Shown: positions 58,500 through 64,000 of the stretch, piece after piece
How positions within the stretch are numbered: position 1 is the stretch's first letter
Layout: each line of letters opens with the position of its first letter
Assembly: GCA_963668025.2 (NCBI GenBank)
Contig: CAXXTH010000023.1
Coordinates: forward strand, 160,001-224,000
Length of the DNA: 64,000 nt
Direction of reading: 5' to 3'
Source: Candidatus Hydrogenedentota bacterium
GTDB taxonomy: Bacteria > Hydrogenedentota > Hydrogenedentia > Hydrogenedentales > SLHB01
The notes under the pieces: generated by a model
The model's input: the letters and a program-made list of their open reading frames with translations, nothing else
What the model was told of the DNA's origin: nothing
The model's database searches: none
Position numbers and translations under genes: made by a program

Positions 58500-59638
58500 C
58501 AGTTCGGCGCGTCCCCGGAGGCATCGAACGCTTCCGGCTGATCGGGATCATCCGATTCGTCCAATTCGTCGAAGTCTTCCAATCCCTCGGAATCATCGAG
58601 TTCGTCGGGTTCGGCAAGCTCTTCCAGTTCTTCCGCCACGGCGGCGTCTTCCAGGCCTTCGCCTTCATCGAGTTCGCCGGATTCCAAAAGCTCTTCCACG
58701 GTGAGTTCTTCTATCACTGCTGGCTCCTCTGGCGCGTTGGGCGCATTGGTTTCTGAGGGGATTATATCATGCGGAACCGCTTCTTGTTCGCCTGGCGTAC
58801 TTCCTTCGGGGGCGGGTGGAACGGCGGCTTCGTCGCGCGTGGCGGGGAACAGGCGGATCTCCTCGAAGGTGTTGTATTGGTGGACGCGGATGCGGCCCAT
58901 GCGGCATAGCTCGAGGATGGCCAGGAAACTGCACACCATCTCGACGCGGGACTTGCAGGCGCGGAAAAGGTCGAACCAGCCGACGCTGCCGTCTTCGGCA
59001 AGACGGGCCTGGATGTATTCGATCTTCTCATCCACCGATGAGCCTTCGGCGGTGACGGAATGGATGAGGTCGTCCTTGAAGAACCTAAGCACGCTGCGGA
59101 AGGCCTCGATCAGGTCATACAGCGTGACCTCGAGCATTTCCTGCTCTTCCGGGTCCGACTCGATTTCGGTCTTGACGTTGCGCGTGAAGAGCATTTCCCG
59201 CGTTTCCTCGAGGGCGACCAACTGCTGGCTTATCTCGCGGAAGCGGCGGTATTCGAGGAGTTTCTCGACGAGTTCGATGCGCGGATCTTCTTCCTCGACT
59301 TCTTCCTCTTCCCCGACATCCGCATCAGCGGGAAGGAGCATGCGCGACTTAATCTGGATGAGCGTGGCGGCGATGACGAGGAATTCGCCGGTGATATCGA
59401 GGTTTTCTTCACGCATCAGGTCGAGGAAATGGAGGTATTGGTCGGTGATTTTGACGATGGGAATATCGAAGATGTCGATCTCCTGCACTTTAATCAAATA
59501 CAGGAGGAGGTCGAGCGGCCCCTCGAATTTATCGAGCTGGAGGCGCAGCACTTCATCGGAGCCTTCCTCCAAATGGAAGGCCGCCTCCACGCCATCGCCC
59601 GGAGCCTGCATGACAGGGATATCGAGTTCGTCAGTCAT
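58499..59638 (-). CDS. scpA: Segregation/condensation protein A with a long acidic tail
   Basis: FEGPLDLLLYLI, ITDQYL, FLVIAATLIQIKSRMLLP and FLAILEL. Confidence 0.93.
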   Translation of the reverse strand: MTDELDIPVMQAPGDGVEAAFHLEEGSDEVLRLQLDKFEGPLDLLLYLIKVQEIDIFDIPIVKITDQYLHFLDLMREENLDITGEFLVIAATLIQIKSRMLLPADADVGEEEEVEEEDPRIELVEKLLEYRRFREISQQLVALEETREMLFTRNVKTEIESDPEEQEMLEVTLYDLIEAFRSVLRFFKDDLIHSVTAEGSSVDEKIEYIQARLAEDGSVGWFDLFRACKSRVEMVCSFLAILELCRMGRIRVHQYNTFEEIRLFPATRDEAAVPPAPEGSTPGEQEAVPHDIIPSETNAPNAPEEPAVIEELTVEELLESGELDEGEGLEDAAVAEELEELAEPDELDDSEGLEDFDELDESDDPDQPEAFDASGDAPN

Positions 59639-59657
59639 ATGCTGTGTTCAACCTGGT

Positions 59658-61259
59658 TCAGCCTGCCGCGGCGGGAGCGGCGGGCGGGATGCTTGCATTG
59701 CTTTTAATGAGCAGTTCGCCGGAGATTTCACCGTTCTCGGCGGCGAGATTCAAGGTGGCTTCCTGGATGGCCCCGGCCCGTTCGAGCCATTGTTTCGAGG
59801 CCTCGCTAAACGTTTCAGATGTGTAGCCTTTCAACAGGTTTTCCTCGCACAGCAATTGGCCCGCATCGGCGATGGCTTGCACGCAAGGGAGCGGCTCGAT
59901 GCGGATAAACAGGTTGCCGCGCGCGGGCAAGGGCTGCGCGTTCGGGGCCTGGCCGAGCAATTCGGCGGCCACGGTGGCGCTGCTGCTCGCCAGCAGCGAA
60001 TTCCCATACACGCCGAAGGTGGGCTCGATGGACGGCCCGCCGAACATCGGCACACGCACTTGCCGGGTCTGGGCGTCGTAGCGTGGGTAGGAATCCCACG
60101 GTTTCGCGTCCGGCGGCGCTTGAAGCTGCGCCAGCAAGCCCTCCACAATCGCAGGCTCGGCGTCAAACGCGGCCACGAGTTCGGGAACCGGCACGAGTTC
60201 GTTGAGGTCAACGCCATGGCACGACACGCGGATGCCCGGCCCGAGAAGGCCCAGCAAGCCTTGAAGCTGGCTGGCGTTGCGCGTCCACGCGGTTACGGGT
60301 GCGCCTTCCGCCGGAGGTTCAGGCAACAGCGGCTTTCCGGTGATCTGGCCCAATGCGGCGGCCACGTCATTGGCCTGCTTTCCAAAATTGGCCGAAATCC
60401 CGAGCATGCCCGGCGGCGGCGGCAGTAATGTTTGCGGCGACGCCCCCGATAAGAGCGGAGCCATGCGCGCCGCCCATGCTTCGCTCAACACGCCCCGCCA
60501 TTGCGCATGGACCTCGCCTTCCGACGCCCGGAGCGCGAAGCTCACCGTATGCACGATATTGCCGCCTGGCGCGTCGGGCGGCAGCGCCACGAATCCGCGC
60601 ACCTGCTCCGCGCCGCCCGGCTTGGCTTCGAGGCTGGCCATGGCGTCCGGGCTGAGCATGGCGTCTTCGGTCAACGTGAGGGCATGAATGAGCGCCTCGC
60701 GAGACGGGCTCGCAATCAAGTTGCGCCCGCGAATGGCGTAATAGAGGCCGCCTTTCGCGAGATGGCGCAGTTGGAGCCCTCCCGCGCGATCATGCTCGAT
60801 GCCGGGAACGAACCGATCCGCCCAGCTCAGCAAGCGGCCCACCCGCGACATTTTGGAAATGAACAAATAATCTTGCTGATTCGTGAGGTCATTTCCGATC
60901 AAGTAGCACGTCCGCCCGATAAGGTTATTCATCACCCACGGCGGCAAATCGGAATTCCCGCCCAGCGCCTGGCTGGCTTCAGCGGCCTTTTCGCCCGGAA
61001 GCAAACTCCACAAAATAGAAGAGCCCGCAATCGACGATGAATTATTGATCAAATCCGCTAAAGCGATGTTATAAGCCTGGCCCGCGGGGATCATGCGCCG
61101 GGCGGAATAGGAGTCACGCGTGATCCATAAAAAGGCCCCCGCAACCACCACGCATAACAGGACAAAATTCCCGAGGCCCTTGAATCCCCGGAACGAACGC
61201 CTGCGCCGCCTGCGCCGCGTTCCCCCCGCCGCTTCATATCCGCGTAGCGCCTCGCTCAT
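59658..61259 (-). CDS. Hypothetical membrane-anchored protein
   Basis: Poly-Arg plus a single TM at the N-terminus; ATGA overlap with the upstream gene. Confidence 0.7.
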   Translation of the reverse strand: MSEALRGYEAAGGTRRRRRRRSFRGFKGLGNFVLLCVVVAGAFLWITRDSYSARRMIPAGQAYNIALADLINNSSSIAGSSILWSLLPGEKAAEASQALGGNSDLPPWVMNNLIGRTCYLIGNDLTNQQDYLFISKMSRVGRLLSWADRFVPGIEHDRAGGLQLRHLAKGGLYYAIRGRNLIASPSREALIHALTLTEDAMLSPDAMASLEAKPGGAEQVRGFVALPPDAPGGNIVHTVSFALRASEGEVHAQWRGVLSEAWAARMAPLLSGASPQTLLPPPPGMLGISANFGKQANDVAAALGQITGKPLLPEPPAEGAPVTAWTRNASQLQGLLGLLGPGIRVSCHGVDLNELVPVPELVAAFDAEPAIVEGLLAQLQAPPDAKPWDSYPRYDAQTRQVRVPMFGGPSIEPTFGVYGNSLLASSSATVAAELLGQAPNAQPLPARGNLFIRIEPLPCVQAIADAGQLLCEENLLKGYTSETFSEASKQWLERAGAIQEATLNLAAENGEISGELLIKSNASIPPAAPAAAG

Positions 61260-63703
61260 GGTGCGGCCTCCCCATCCAGGGACGGCAAGACGGTGCTTGC
61301 GCCCGCCAGTTCATAGGATTGGTATGCGCCAGGCGAGCCATCAGGGCGCGGGCAGGCCACGGAAATGCGGCCCTCGCGGGGCTCGAACACCACGCTGTAG
61401 CGCGTGTCTCCGTTGTAAATGCGGGCACGCCCACCCTCGGGCCCTTCCGCATTCTGCAAGAACTCCCGCATGGCTTCCGCGGCAGCGATGCGCTTGGTGC
61501 GCAGCAATTGCTCCGCATGGGCATAGCGGACGGCGGCTTCGCTGCCCGGCTCGAGCGCACTGGGAAGCTGGCCGAGGAGCATCCCGTCATCGGGCTGCCG
61601 TATGATTTTTCCATTGGGGCCGCACTCGGCCACGCACGCCTTTGCGCCTGTGGCCGGCACGGCGGAGCCTTTGGCCGTGGCGGAAGCGCCGCTGCTTGCA
61701 GCGCCGCCCGGTTCGAGCGCACCCACCAGAATGTGATAGCCGCGCAGATAGGCGGCGGCATTCAAGATTGCCAATGCATCGTTCAGCGTAGCACTTTGTT
61801 CGAGCACCTGGCGGAGAAGCAGGTCCACGGGAGGCCCATCCAAGGAAGGCGCGCCTAGTTCCGGCGTGCGCTCCGCGCAAACCACCACCCCAGCGTCATT
61901 CATGCCCGAATACGCGCCCGCGCTCCATGGAAATCCCACTTCAAAATAACGCCGCCCCGCATCCGGCTGCATTTCATACACGACGATAGGCGCGCCTGGC
62001 ATGCCATCAAAATTGCGGCCCACCAGGAGGTCATCCGCACCCGCGCGATCACCCACCGTGGCGAACACCGTGCAAAACTGCGAGCGGTACAGTTCAGCCA
62101 CATTCGCCTGTTCCGCGAGCACCGGCGCGCATTGCAACAACCAAGCCGCGTCAAAGGCGATACCCGCGCCATCCGCCATGCCGCGCATATCATCGAAAAG
62201 CGGCGCGGGCAATCCCGCCAGCATGGGCCGCGCCCCAATGCCCAGCCGGGGCAGGGCCATCGGCGTTACGTTAATGAATCCAGGGGCTTGCTTCCACCAG
62301 CCCGTATCGGGAATGAGCGCGCCAGTATCGCAGGGGCCTACGATGAGCTGCTGGAACGCCTCTCCAATCGCGCGCTTAAACGCCGCGCCCCGTTGATACC
62401 CCATGGCGTAAGGCGCGCCGCTAAGCCGCACGAAATACATGCTCGCGTCCTCGCGTGGCGCGGCGGCGGGCGGCGCAGGCTTATCGGCGGGCTTGCCCCG
62501 GCTCAGCAGGCCCGCGAAGCCTTCCGACAGCCATTCATCCATGCCAGGGCCGTAAAAACTCATGGCGCTTTCGTAGCTCAAACGGGCGTAATTCGCTTGG
62601 GGAACGAAGTACATGCAATGGTCTTCCGCGAGACCCACGGTGCATTGGGCGGTATAGCCAAGGGCAAAAGCTTCCAGGCGCAAGCGCGAGCCGATCTCGG
62701 CGCATGGCTCTCCCGGCGTGAACATGAAGGCCACATCGCCTATTTCAAGCACGGAAAGGAAAGTCGAAGCGGGCAGAAAGCTCGAGGCCAGGGTTGGCGG
62801 AAGCGCCCGCTCGGCGCTTGCATAATGCAGCGGCGTTTCGCCGCAGATGATGTGTTCCGCCGCCACGGATACGCGCTGGGCCAGCAAACGGCCGATGGAC
62901 TCCGTGCGCTCCCAGCCTTCTTTATTTTCCGGATTCGCGCACGATTGATCGCCCACGGCCCCGTTCAGATACAACGCCACGCAGCCCGTGGCCAGGGCCT
63001 CGAGCGTCTGATAGTAATATCCCGGAAAATCCGCCGAAATGGACAGGCCGTCCTCTTTCCCGATTGTGGTGGGATGGGCCGCGAAGTTTGTGGCAATGGC
63101 AATCGGCGCGCCGTCGGCGTCTTCGACGCGCAAGATGCCGATTTGCGGGTCAATTGGCCCGCCGGATTCCATCCGGTTCACGGAGAGATCATTCTGGGAA
63201 ATCGCGCCGAATCCTACTACGGCGCGCTTGCGGGAAGCATACGATTTGGCGATGGCGTCGGCAATGCCCTGGGCCTCCGCATCAAGCATTTCCGGCATGT
63301 AACGCCCGGAGATCGAGCGAAAGAGCAGCCCTTTCACCATGCCGCCTGGCCCATTGTGATTGTGTGTAGCCGTGAGGATGATGTGCGCGCCAGGGGCCGT
63401 CTTTCCGGCCAGCTCGATCACCTTGTCTCGGAGTTCCCGGTTGATCACGCACAGATCGGCGCTCACTAGAAACACGGCGGTCTGGCCATCATCCAAATAC
63501 AAGCTTCGCGCCCATATAGGATCATGCACCGAGAGCGCCCCGCGCCCCCATCGTTCCAAATACCCATTGAGCGGCGTTCCGAGCGGAGGCGAAATATCCA
63601 CCTTCGCGGCGCCTGCCTCCATGGCAAAGGCCGCCATGGATGCCGTCCATATGAGCACAAAAAAAATGCTGATTCGAAATCGCATACGTTCCGTCTTCCA
63701 CAC
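61256..63703 (-). CDS. Secreted fusion of a neutral/alkaline ceramidase-like domain and a C45 (Ntn-hydrolase) domain
   Basis: N-terminal AGAAKVDISP, HDPIWAR, TATHNHNGP, NFAAHPT, ISADFPG and NGAVGD; C-terminal LSGAPYAMGYQRG, FCTVF, LVGRNFD and YSGMNDAGV. Confidence 0.8.
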   Translation of the reverse strand: MWKTERMRFRISIFFVLIWTASMAAFAMEAGAAKVDISPPLGTPLNGYLERWGRGALSVHDPIWARSLYLDDGQTAVFLVSADLCVINRELRDKVIELAGKTAPGAHIILTATHNHNGPGGMVKGLLFRSISGRYMPEMLDAEAQGIADAIAKSYASRKRAVVGFGAISQNDLSVNRMESGGPIDPQIGILRVEDADGAPIAIATNFAAHPTTIGKEDGLSISADFPGYYYQTLEALATGCVALYLNGAVGDQSCANPENKEGWERTESIGRLLAQRVSVAAEHIICGETPLHYASAERALPPTLASSFLPASTFLSVLEIGDVAFMFTPGEPCAEIGSRLRLEAFALGYTAQCTVGLAEDHCMYFVPQANYARLSYESAMSFYGPGMDEWLSEGFAGLLSRGKPADKPAPPAAAPREDASMYFVRLSGAPYAMGYQRGAAFKRAIGEAFQQLIVGPCDTGALIPDTGWWKQAPGFINVTPMALPRLGIGARPMLAGLPAPLFDDMRGMADGAGIAFDAAWLLQCAPVLAEQANVAELYRSQFCTVFATVGDRAGADDLLVGRNFDGMPGAPIVVYEMQPDAGRRYFEVGFPWSAGAYSGMNDAGVVVCAERTPELGAPSLDGPPVDLLLRQVLEQSATLNDALAILNAAAYLRGYHILVGALEPGGAASSGASATAKGSAVPATGAKACVAECGPNGKIIRQPDDGMLLGQLPSALEPGSEAAVRYAHAEQLLRTKRIAAAEAMREFLQNAEGPEGGRARIYNGDTRYSVVFEPREGRISVACPRPDGSPGAYQSYELAGASTVLPSLDGEAAP

Positions 63704-64000
63704 TCAAACACAGAAGCGCCCAGAAGTACGCTTATGGGCGGTGCAAGTGTACCATACGCAGCGAAAGGTTCATAGCCTCAAATTCTTTGAGGCATTTGCG
63801 AAATAAAGAAAATCCGTATTGACAAGGGTTTACAAAGCGGCGGAATTGGCGCCTACCCCGGAGAATGCGGGGAAAGGGGCTTGGCGGGGGCATGAATAAG
63901 GATTTTTTGTGAAAAATCACCCCAAATGCCCTCGGCGAGCGGGAAAAGGCGTAACGTCTCCCGTGTGTGATTGTAGTATAGTTGACCACATAACCACGCA

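Noticed and set aside
58540-58700. Short periodic repeats in scpA
   Set aside because: They encode the low-complexity acidic tail; not a separate DNA element.
58701-60428. 575-aa plus-strand ORF and other long antisense ORFs (e.g. 54747-55745, 62132-63469, 20443-21573)
   Set aside because: They are shadow ORFs opposite well-supported GC-rich genes and have no recognisable motifs.
63704-64000. Possible riboswitch or ncRNA in the terminal intergenic region
   Set aside because: No recognisable aptamer; TTGACA at 63819 has no matching -10; the context is cut by the window edge.

Overview
GC-rich bacterial chromosomal window. The gene content (PASTA/thrombospondin surface proteins, tandem Ser/Thr kinases, many glycoside hydrolases) is suggestive of a Hydrogenedentes/PVC-like organism, but that is inference only. 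Housekeeping and metabolic genes include cmk, recJ, rfbC/rfbD, mtnA, rpsT, mtgA, scpA, yraN, a MazG-like gene, GH33, GH38 and asnB with two GT4 genes. Two apparently intact mobile elements both sit in short palindromic repeats: a class C (IIC) group II intron (15868-17761) just 3' of a GTGGCATGG hairpin, and an IS1182-family element (35518-37356, GTTC duplication) in the loop of a REP-like palindrome. Intergenic DNA holds several REP/MITE-like families, including a composite ~90-bp module and a nested fold-back. The best candidates for undescribed biology are: (1) a surface locus where a beta-helix/PASTA/TSP3 protein and a dockerin-only protein share a C-terminal VPLxW-TM-basic sorting-like signal, next to a mosaic pilin-like gene and a PilGHI-like ABC system; (2) a neutral-ceramidase/C45 Ntn-hydrolase fusion; (3) a kinase whose N-lobe lacks a canonical start codon; (4) a low-GC DUF4062 gene beside a hemL remnant. 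No rRNA, tRNA or CRISPR array was seen.
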